Source: Trichoplax sp. H2 (taxonomy: Eukaryota). Taken from it: DNA of 64,000 nt. The stretch lies in NCBI GenBank assembly GCA_003344405.1, contig NOWV01000017.1:248001-312000 (forward strand). Direction: 5' to 3'. The translations under genes and the position numbers were made by a program. Under the pieces are notes generated by a model that saw only the letters and a list, made by a program, of their open reading frames with translations, was not told the origin of the DNA and did not search any database. Of the stretch, positions 53,271 to 64,000 are shown piece by piece (within the stretch, counting starts at the first letter, position 1; each line of letters opens with the position of its first letter).

Positions 53271-54147
53271 AGCACAATTATTACAATATAATGCCATGTC
53301 TATACTGGCATAAATATTCGGATTTTAATATTTACTGTTTCAATTTAGCTATATTTACAAAACAGATGAATAATTGAATCTCACATTTGTCTATTTTTTA
53401 ATGCCGGATAAAATGCGATAAAATTATTATATAATTAATATGTAAGCGTATTCAATGCTTCAATATTATACATGAGTGAAGCATGTAGGTATACCGGTGG
53501 CATTATGCCGTCATTAAAGGATATGTAAAAAGCTCGTATATCCGCCTATACAGCATAGACAAATAGTGATCGTACCGTAATGATTTTAGCGTAATAATTG
53601 GCAATGCCATATAAATCATTACTATATCACAAATTTGAATGGGTATGTTGGGTTTGCATTAATGTTATTTTTCCTAGATGATCAATATGCAATTATTCAA
53701 TACTCGTATGTCGTTTAACAATTACAGTACAATAGTAATATAAACAACAACAGATATGATTTAGTGTTTGTTTTAATCCTAAACTATTATTGTTCTCCAA
53801 GTGGATTAGAAATGTTGTATGCTTTCCTTGTTCATATCCAGTTGTGTGCTTTCTTATAAACTGGCAGGATAATCGTAATATACAGTATGCGAACCTACAA
53901 ATAATTCTGAAGCATATGGTAGCAATGTTGACTTATTATCTGATTATAACTCCCTTTTTCAGAATGAATCAATTCCAAATAAAGATTAAAGTATAATTCT
54001 TGTTACACGTTGCTTTATTGATGGTTTACAAGCTAATACAATCACTACTGTATACAACATACAAAAAACTTACAGTAAGCTCGCTACTTCATTTTCATAT
54101 TTCCTCCTTTTTATACGGATTATTTTTGTAGTTTTAGTCAATCTACA

Positions 54148-57100
54148 ATGGCAACATTTACACAAAAATATATTCGCTGTCTCCTTCTTGTTGCATCACT
54201 TATGAACGTTGTGACAAGTATAAAAGTTGTTCTTTTACCGTCATTCGGCACAAGTCATCTTCTAGTAATGGATACTATTGGAGCAGAGTTACAAAATCGC
54301 GGTCATGAGGTAACCATTTACTAATAACTGTTATTTAAATTACATCAACAAATTTAATATTTATGATATAGATTAGGTCATGTTAACATTAATAAATTAT
54401 ACTTTGGTTTCCTTGTAAAAATAAAATGAAGAACTTTTTCTCATAGCTCTGCGGCATTTCCTAATGTAGCTACTGAAAATAATACTATTAAAGAATAAAG
54501 CTATCGCAAAAAATAGCAATAATTTAAACATTCTCATCTTCAGACCGCCTAATTACTTTTTTACTATTGAAATTGATCATCACTTTACTATTATAACGTA
54601 CATTTTAACTTTGTTGGATGTGCGAGTGTTAGAAAAAGTATTTTATGATGTAATACCTTACAATACTTGCATGCCACAAATATACGGAAATATTCAATGG
54701 CTTTAAACATGCTTCAATTGCTTCTATTTATTGGTACGGTAGCTAAAAGAAAAGTAACTGCCAACAATATGTGATTAATAGTAAGATTTTTATAAGACTA
54801 TACTTAAATCTGATCTTTTTGTCATTACAACTAAATGAAGAAGCTATAGTAGCATTTCGTTAGATCAGGATTTTAATGTATCAATACAGTAATATCAACT
54901 AATAAGGATTCGTATACACTGTACAAATAGAATACTGTTGTACATTGCAAGCATAATGACGAAATTTAGCCGCGTTTGTTTGTATAGCTTCATGCTAAGA
55001 TTGATTTCATACAAAAAAATTCACTAGTGAGAAGAATTAATAATAAATTACCAACGAATAACCCACTACAGTACTTTGATATTCTGAACAGATTAATCTA
55101 TTTTTCCAATGGCAATGATAAATGAACACAAATCTAGTATAATGTCGACATACGGAGACGTAGCGTCTGATTTTCAATGGGAGTAGGATAGTAGTTGTCA
55201 TTTATACTTACAGTATAAGTAATTACTGTCATTTTCGCTACTTTGATAAATAAATAGGCCGTAAGTTGTTTTCCATTTTTGTAATATAAATTAATTTAAA
55301 GAAATATTCTTTGATGACTTTGGTATTTTAATTTTAACTTTATTGACTTCTGTACTACTAATAAGGTAACACAGTCTCGTTATTAAACTCATAACCTCTT
55401 CACAACTTGAAATCATTGCATCTTAAGAATTTTTTCAGCATCCTTCTCTAACTATCATTTGAATTTTTGATTTATAGGTCGTCATATTGGTTGAAGAGGA
55501 ACAAGTAATTCCTTCAATTCGTACTGCCACGGCAACCTATGCAGTTAGTGATCGTTTCAGCGCTGCTGTAATTAATAATTTAACAGCAAGCACAAATAAT
55601 TTCGAAGTTATTAAAAAAGTTATGGCATGGCAATCGCACTATTGTGATTGTATATTAAGCCATAGTCAATTTCGTCGGCGATTTAGCCATTTCGATCTTA
55701 TGATTGGTGATCGATCTTTACCATGCGCTTACATATTACCAGAAATACTTAATTTAACTTATGTCATAGTGTCCAGCGTTGGTCTTAATGCTCCTATGAG
55801 ATTGATGAATAGCCCAAACCCGTTGGCTTATATACCACAATATGGAACAGGATACTCTGATAAGATGAATCTTTTACAACGTACTACCAATACTCTTGTA
55901 TGGTGTGGCCATACTATTGCAAGCCATATTTTTGTTTATCGATTGATCGAAAAGCTAAGGCAAGAATATCATGTTGAAATTGATGCAAGTCAATTAAAAT
56001 TGAGACCTGCCCTAATGTTAATTTCAGCCGATTTTACCCTAGAATTTGCCCGACCACTTATGCCTAATGTTCAGTTGGTTGGACCTTTAACGCCACAGCC
56101 GCCATCAGCGTTACCCCATCACCTAGACGATTTCATTAGTAATGTTCGTCCTTATCAACGATTTGTCCTTGTCTCTCTAGGTAGTATATTTCAATTTAGC
56201 AATGATCAAGTTATGGTTGCTTATCGCAGTTTAAGTCGATTGCCCTTTAAAGTTATATGGAAGCATTCATCGAATTTATCAAATAATATTTCTAATGATC
56301 ACATTCGAATTGAAAATTGGGTACCTCAAAATGATTTACTTGGTCATCCTAATATTGTAGCATTTGTCACTCATTGTGGACCAAGTGGAATGTATGAGGG
56401 AGTTTACCATGGAGTTCCAATGATTGGATTACCTTATTTACCTGAACAAGAAACAAATTTAGTTCAGATCAGTCGGGCTGGCATCGGTATAGGTTTAAAT
56501 TCTACCAATCTAACGACTGATAGTATTTATGACGCGGTGATGGAGGTAGTTAATAATCCGAGGTAAGATTTCACTATGCTTATCATTGCTTTTAGATTGC
56601 TTATAATAACTTTAAAGCCTTAAGGTATCCTAAAGGTAATTAATATCGATGTAGTAAACGAAAAAGTATCTGTATTTATTCATTATAAGGTTATCATTTT
56701 CAGTAGTTGTGCTATGAACGGAAAGAAGTAGCCATTATAAGGCTGTTGCCAATATCATGAAAATAATTCTGTGCTGTAGTCCATTAGTTACTAGTATAAA
56801 AGATCTCACTCTTTTATTATAATTAATTATCAATACACTAATACGTACTAATGAAGTTAAGCTACTTTACATAATGCGCTTATAATCCTGTACAGTATAT
56901 ATGTAGTATATGAATACTCGTAAACTGTATATACAATAATTTATGTTATATCGTGGAATAATCAGGAATCTATTCGCTGCTTCAGTTACGTGTATGAGTA
57001 TTCTCAAATTGCTTCACTTTTAAAGTGTGATATTTCTACGCGTATATATTAGTAAACCTCAAAATATACCCCTAATCCGCCTGATGTTACGACAGTTGTG

Positions 57101-57787
57101 TTAATCAATTCACTAATTTAGTGTTATCAATCCATCACTGTAATCAATTAATATAACAGTAGTATTAGATACGATACTATAGCAAGCATTGTATAATATT
57201 ATACTATGGAGAGGAAGGCACTGTATCTTTTAAATGATGGAAATACTTTTACACTGAACCCGTAATTACATGTCATACACTTTACTACTGTAATTAAAAG
57301 TTGTGTGCAGAATTTATGGGATTGTAATATATCCAACTTAATGAATTGGTGATTATGGTTATATTGCAATTACACATATGATGGCCGTAAATTGTAACAT
57401 TAAGGTTGTTCAAGTGTAGATGGAGAGAAAAGGTTTAAAAGAATCTCTACTTCCATATTGAATAATACAATTTATTATTCTATTTTGAAATTATTATTAA
57501 ATTGTAGTTATAAGCAAAATGCAAGAAGAATTTCTAAGTTATTAAAAGGAAGGCCTCGAACGCCAAGACATGAAGCTGTTGATTGGATTGAGTATGTATA
57601 TAAGACAAACGGAGCTCGACATTTACGACCACAGCAGTATCAAATTTCATTTTTTCAAGAATATATGCTTGATGTTACTATTATTTTCTTATTTTTAATA
57701 TACTGTAGCATTAAAATAATAAAATATTCGATTTGTATATTAACTTACTCCACTTTAAGATTGAAACAATGGAAAAAATATTTGTAA
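54148..57787 (+). CDS. UDP-glucuronosyl/UDP-glycosyltransferase (GT1, ER membrane type), 3 exons: 54148-54309, 55478-56562, 57508-57787
   Basis: Signal peptide, catalytic His in GTSHLLVM, RGHEV, and PNPLAYIP...DKMNLLQRTTN. UGT signature WVPQNDLLGHPNIVAFVTHCG..GMYEGVYHGVPMIGLP...EQ. Then AVDWIEYV, GARHLR, a C-terminal TM helix and KKYL* (KKxx ER-retrieval signal). Confidence 0.93.
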
Positions 57788-59097
57788 TTCTATAATCTAC
57801 TTCATACTGATTTTATGAACTTATATGTAACATGATCAAACATATGAAAAAACGTAAAATTTGCCTTTTATTAATTTGCATAAGTTAAATTCTATAATTA
57901 ATTATCATGCAAACTCGTGTAAAATGTTGAATACCTCAAAATAGATATTGTAACTTTAATTCATTAATGCACAATACAGTACTGTAAATGGCTGCCATTA
58001 TTTACGCGTATTCATTTATCTCATATTTATCCTAGACTATGACTAAGTATTTTAACGACCAGTAATGTTGATAAAGCTAAAATTAGGATATCCAGCGGTA
58101 TCACAGGGCAGCGAGCATATTACAAACTCAGCTTTTGATGTGATAGTATTGTTGTAGAAGTTTGTGTAGCATGAATAATTTCAATTGCTCAAAATATCAA
58201 TTTTTATCACCGATAAAATGAATTGTAACAATGGTTAAAGATAATCCAAGATAAATAATATCGAGTCGATAAAAAATTCAGCTTATGTCTTAGTATGTTT
58301 TGCAAATCACAATATTTCCAGTAGTGAATGTAAATGCGTGAATGTTCTATCTGTCTGTATAAAGTATAGTCTATATTGTTATTGTATGGTATGTAAAAGA
58401 GTTCATTGGCGATAGCTCTCTCGATGCTCGTCAATTCTAACCCGCGACGTTCGTAAGAATCTGCTATTCTTCTTTCTCTTCTTAATAAAGTATTGTGCCT
58501 CTATTCCCTTCCATCTAACTTATGTGATCATCTGTACCCTAGTGCTTACAATGGATTGCCCATCACAGCCTTCATCTATCCATAGAGGTGCCTACCGGAG
58601 TGTAGGCCGATACGTTCTAGCTCGTTATCTCAACGGCTACAACATCACACCACCGTGTTTTCAATTGAAAGAGGGGAATGGGTCTAAAATTATGATTATT
58701 TCTGATGAGTTCAGTTTGATCGGCGTCATGGAACTAATTCAAGCATGAATAGATGATATAATGAGTTTTGACAAATTGAATTTGCAAGAGCTTTCTTTTG
58801 GCAGTTGAGTATTGCTTTCGTAGAGCTCATACTACAATATCTAAGAGGTGAGTGTACGACATTGAGGTACTTTTTGCAATATCATAACGTTACAGTGATA
58901 GAATAAGATCAATCACTCGTTGAATTGGGGAATAAGCGATCAAAACAGAAGACTTTATGCGATCGCTTCCTGGATTAAGTTTCAAGGCTGTACCGTGGTG
59001 TATGTAATCAATGTAGCCACGGTACAGATGTACTGTACAGCTGTACTGTATATGTCATACACCGTTAAGTGATGTCATATGCTAGCTGCCTTCGTCT

Positions 59098-59713
59098 CAA
59101 TCAATTATATAGTATATGGTTCTGTACTTTAATATAGATAGATTCATATTCTGTTATGTCCGGTAGTAGCCCACTCCTGTGCGATCCTTTTCCAAATCAA
59201 TTATATACAGTAGTATATAGTACTGTACTTTAATATAGATAGATTCATATTCTATTGTGTCAGGTAGTAGCCCACTCCTGTGCGATCCTTTTCCAAATCA
59301 ATTCTATACAGTAGTATATAGCACTGTACTTTAATATAGATAGATTCATATTCTGTTATGTCAGGTAGTAGCTCACTCCTGTGCGATCCTTTTCCAAATC
59401 AATTATACTAGTGCAAACTCCCGTTGCTTTGCTGACGGTTTACGATAATGTGCTCATTTAACAGATAGTATTACTATTTGATAGACCTGTCAGATGATCC
59501 TTTTCCAAATCAATTCTATACAGTAGTATATAGTTCTGTACTTTAATATAGATAGATTCATATTCTGTTGTGTCAGGTAGTAGCCCACTCCTGTGCGATC
59601 CTTTTCCAAATCAATTCTACACAGTAGTATACAGTATAGCACTGTACTCTAATATACTGTAGATAGATTCATATTCTCACTAGCCCCTCTCCTGTGCGAT
59701 CCTTTTCCAAATC
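59098..59713. repeat. Tandem repeat, 101-bp unit x~6, fourth unit disrupted
   Basis: The anchor gatccttttccaaatc recurs at 59183, 59284, 59385, 59496, 59597 and 59698. The period is 101 bp, except 111 bp across the disrupted unit. Confidence 0.92.
59408..59465 (-). mobile_element. 58-bp Helitron-like non-autonomous unit, copy 2, inside the 101-bp tandem array
   Basis: The minus strand reads ...atactA|TCTGTTAAATGAGCACATTATCGTAAACCGTCAGCAAAGCAACGGGAGTTTGCACTAG|Tataatt..., between A and T with no target-site duplication. Confidence 0.7.
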
Positions 59714-59729
59714 GATCTATGTGCACTGG

Positions 59730-60110
59730 TGCAGTACAGGACAGGACGGTACAGTACGGTATAGTACTATCAATGAAGCTACAGTACTGTAGTCCAATGG
59801 AAAGTATCGTACGCTGCGTACTGTACACTGTACAGTACAGTGGCGGGAAATCTGATATCACCACACAGTACAGTATACAAAACAAACAAAATAATGGCTC
59901 TCCAGATACAGTGCTGTACTGTACTGTACATACCGTACAGTATGAATTTTCGTACAGTACAGTACCACAAGCTACAGTACTATGTACTGTGCGTGCAGCC
60001 CTGCACACCATACTGTACAGTAACGGACAGTATGGTGACAACACTACTGTAATGTACAGTACAGTACTCTACTGTAATGAATAAAACTACTACTGTACTA
60101 ATGTGCACTG
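59730..60110. repeat. ACAGT/ACTGT pentamer field upstream of TOPBP1
   Basis: Dense tacagtac/tactgtac units about 1.7 kb 5' of the first recognisable TOPBP1 coding exon. Confidence 0.85.
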
Positions 60111-61845
60111 ATCAGTAATGTGCGCTGCAGTCACTGGAAACATTTCAAAAATAAGCCCTAAATCTTCTTCTTTGGCAGGCTAGAAACTCTGCAAGATTCG
60201 GCTCCAACAGATTCCATCTGTACTGTGTGTGATACTGCAATCATCTTTGCATTGGGTATCAGAAAGGAACCTTTTACTTCTAATCAATCAATCCATTCAT
60301 TGATAATCAGTAGAACGCAAGATTTGAACCAGGTGAGTCAAGAGTGACTTCTTCCATCTTGAGGTGTAGTGATAGCATTGTCATGGCAATCAAATTCGGA
60401 TGCCTGGATAATCTACTGATTTTGGACATTTATATGCTCCAGTCTTGAACAGTTGTTCTAGTCGAAAGTCCAACTTGAACACATTGCTAGATAGTACTTG
60501 ACTGCTCCTTTCTATCAGAAAAGTGGTAAGTCAAAGAGAGGGAAAACTTGTTCAAAGCAAGTGTTGCCGCCGATATTGGTGTGCACTATAGCAAACATCC
60601 ACCAACCACTTTCGACACCGACAACAACCAAATGGTGACTAATGGCTACATCGAACCAAGGCTCTGGTATGTCAGTTGACTTTATGGAAGTTGTACTCAA
60701 CGATAGATCACCTTACTCTACTTTTATCTTTATTTCCGTATTTCTTGATGAGTACGAGAATACTACGTTTGAGCTGCCAGTATTATAGCTGCTTACAACA
60801 CCACCAACTGTATCTAAATTTGAAATACATCGGTAGACTTCTATCGATAGGATTAAGAGATTAGGCAACTTTATTCAATTACCTCTTGATTACCAAATAG
60901 ACATCCCCCAATCGGCTGTACTATATAGGTATAACAAATGCTCTTGAATGATGATAAAGTAGAAATATTGTACAATCGCCTATTTTTAACCCTATCCTAT
61001 TGCATCATGAGTGAAAATGTCTGATAATTATGGTCACCTTTGTTAACATCTTGAGTGAATGGCAACAAAGATTACGTGACCAATGGATTGCAACATCTAC
61101 AGAAAGTCTATCATTAGTAGATATATGTATTGGGATCAACATTGATCCAAACATGTATTATTTCTCTTTATATAGTATCAATTTTTCTATTTCAACTGTA
61201 ACTTGTTGCGTATACAGTAAACATAGTATTATTTTGGAGGTATGATAGGGTACACTCGCTCAGTGCACACCATGAGTTCGATTCAGCTGGACTAATCAAA
61301 CGTAGTAATACAGGACAATATACAACTATCCAAAATAAAAGTTATTGTCTAGATGTGTGTCTAAGACTACTATATCATGCGTTTACTGTAATATAGTGTC
61401 ACGATTTCATTGCCAAATTCTGCAAATGTTATACATGCAGTAGCCTATCAAAAACCGAGAAAACCCAAAGTAATCACGATAAGTTTAGTGGTAGCTTATT
61501 CAAAATTAATTTGTAATTTTAGCATAGTACAATTGTCCATAAATTGAGTAGGCTATATTCCAACTAAAGCATAAAGCAGCCCATTCCAATTGCAATTTAC
61601 GGCTCTGTTCGTTTCTTACCACGTTATAAAATGCATAATCATTTCTATTAAAGTCAGTTAATATAGAATTGTTTAAGACCGGGCAGACCTATGCACGGCT
61701 ATATTACCTTAGGCTATTATTTCTTTTTCAAGTACAGCCTGTACTTGACCACGATCAATACAAAATGATTAGTATTCTATCATGGGGTGTATATTTTAAT
61801 GAAGCTTTATTGATCGTTAATTGTTTATTTCTCTTACTAGATGAA

Positions 61846-63989
61846 ATGCCTGGTTATCATCCATCTAATCATTTAGAACTTGTATGCGGAGATACTACTA
61901 GACTTACAAAACTACGAAAACTTGAAAAGGTGTTAAAGAAAGCAAAATCTTGTACTACCTTGTAATCTTGATCGATTTAGTTTACAGTTAACAATTTACT
62001 ACCATTAATTAATTTTACTGTACAGTTTATGTTATTTAAATATATCAAACGCTATCACTTTTAGTTGTGCAGTAGACTAATAATTTATTTTATTACTCAA
62101 TATCATATCATCGAGGACATCTGAAATATAAAATTAATTATTTATTAAACTAAATCATTTCTTATACATCCCCATGTCAACATATAAATTCATGCCCAAT
62201 GAATTACTTATTTAATAATAAATTTACCATAACTTTGCACATCCACTTCAGCTAGACTATTCGCTATAGTATAATAAATCAGTTAATGCAACTGCTTCAT
62301 TCTGATAGCTTGTCAAGCGTCAAGGCTACGTTGTACATTGGACAAAATTGGAAGAAGTACATAAAAAGAAATTCGAGAGTGATGTAACATACGTTTTAGA
62401 TCCTTTTTCTGGTCAATATTTTGAGCACTTGAAGCAAATTGGAGCCAGGTTAGCTTACTTGTTTGAGTATTATTTTTAAAACTGGTAAAATTAACTTTAA
62501 AATAAATCATATTCTTATTTATAAGAGAAGATTCTGCTATGTCCATATCCACAACTACTAATTTTCTAATAATTTACACTAAAATTGTATCTATTGTTAA
62601 AATTTTTTTCACGTGTTTAGAATTGTTGGCCCACAATGTCTGGAACACAGCATTACGAAAAAAGAGGTAAATTAGTTGTATTGGCAATACTATAGATGTT
62701 GTTTAAAAAACGAACGACAACTAACGTTATTGATATTCAACTAAACTAGTCAATCAGTCTAATTCTAATAGTAAAATAATAGGTTCGTTGATTTTCTCCT
62801 ATTTTCATCCTTAGCCACTGCTAGATTCTCCGTATCCTGTTTTCAATTTTGTTATGAAAGATCTAGTAATATGTTGTACCAACTTATCAAAGGATGACCG
62901 GGTGAGCTATTGTATATAAGTCCATATACTACGCAATATCGCATAGAATTTTAAAAATAACCAAATACCTTTGTAGCAGAGATTGTAAATATCGTGAGCC
63001 ATCGATTGAAAACTGTTCTACAATATACGTAACTGTTGTTGCATTCCATAAATTTAGGATGAACTACATTCTCTTATTAAAATGATGGGTGGTAAAGTTA
63101 ATCCTCACTTAACAACAGATGTAAGTCTCATATACTAACAAAACTGCAAGTAGAACTCTTGCAAATATTTATTCTACGCTAGCTAATCATGCTGTGTTAT
63201 ATAAGAAGCGATGCATAATGAAACATAATTACACGTTCACCCAATATTGAATTTGCTAGGTAACACATCTAGTTGCTGGCGAGGTTGGATCAAAAAAATA
63301 TCAGGTTCCGACTTAATTGCGGTTACTATAGTGTTGTAATATTCTTTCGATTCCCATTCCTGACGAGTTATAATTATGTTATCACATACACTAGGTTGCA
63401 TTATCAATAGGCAAATCAATCGTTTCTCCAACATGGGTAACAGAAAGCTGGAAATTATCACAAGATCGGTAATTGAGCAATTAGTTGCGTGCAATCGACA
63501 TAACATATATTACACTGAAATTTTTTATTTGTCCACTCTATTACATCAGGCCAATAATACCAACAGATGAGAATTTTATGGTATAATTTTTTGTGATCAC
63601 TTAATAAATGTCATTTTCGATTTAATTCAACTATGTACTGTAAGACATTACCTAACTAAAATGATTGCAATTATTTCAGAACAAACATCTGTGTCCGATA
63701 TTTTCTGGATGTACAATCTGTGTAACTGGATTAGATAAAGAGGAAAGAGGAAATATTGATAAACTAATTACTGTAAATGGTACGATATTGTTAGATTCGA
63801 CGATAATAAGACATTATTAAAGATATTATTTTTCACGAAGCAATGCAAGGATATCTATCATATTCTAGAAAAACAATTGAGTTTCTAAACATGTAATATT
63901 TCATTCTTGATGATGTATTACTTTAGGCGGCAGTTATTCGCCGGAATTAGATCAGAGGTGCACACATCTATTGGTTAACGTACCGAAAG
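61846..63989 (+). CDS. TOPBP1: DNA topoisomerase II-binding protein 1, N-terminal BRCT0-1-2 region (gene runs off the window end)
   Basis: Spliced exons give YVLDPFSGQYFEHLKQIGAR|IVGPQCL...|PVFNFVMKDLVICCTNLSKDDR|DELHSLIKMMGGKV...|VTHLVAGEVGSKKYQ|VA...SPTWVTESWKLSQ|...CPIFSGCTICVTGL...|GGSYSPEL...CTHLLVNVPKG, collinear with human TOPBP1 as recalled. The start codon is uncertain: ATG at 61846 just after an AG acceptor, so upstream exons are possible. Confidence 0.92.
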
Positions 63990-64000
63990 GTTGGTAATGA

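Noticed and set aside
58207-58592. Possible small spliced minus-strand gene (APLWIDEGCDGQSI|RHNTLLRRERRIADSYERRGLEL...)
   Set aside because: There is no start exon, the intron would be very short and no domain is recognisable. It cannot be supported without transcripts.
59098-59713. CRISPR-like appearance (repeats with one unique insert)
   Set aside because: The context is eukaryotic, whole 101-bp units are repeated, there are no unique spacers and no cas genes.

Overview
This is AT-rich eukaryotic (animal) genomic DNA with compact, intron-rich genes, most introns being 60-300 nt. The gene set, short introns and abundant ACAGT/ACTGT pentamer tracts suggest a placozoan (Trichoplax-like) genome, which is inference only. 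Nine spliced genes were reconstructed by hand: a nucleoside hydrolase (+), a dual-GAF PDE11/PDE5-like phosphodiesterase (+), STK11IP (-), SLC25A12/13 Aralar/citrin (-), DNA polymerase iota (+), RSU1 (-), selenoprotein O (+), a UDP-glycosyltransferase (+) and the 5' part of TOPBP1 (+). Four observations stand out. (1) SELENOO has an in-frame UGA and a type II SECIS, but reads RVTUSS rather than CVTUSS. (2) A 58-bp TC...hairpin...CTAG Helitron-like unit occurs twice, one copy at an A|T junction inside a 101-bp tandem array. (3) GTAC(A/T) pentamer fields lie upstream of the seven housekeeping-type genes but not upstream of the PDE or UGT. (4) Three adjacent genes have human orthologues on HOXD-bearing chromosome 2q. 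All homology calls come from recognising motifs from memory; no database search was run.
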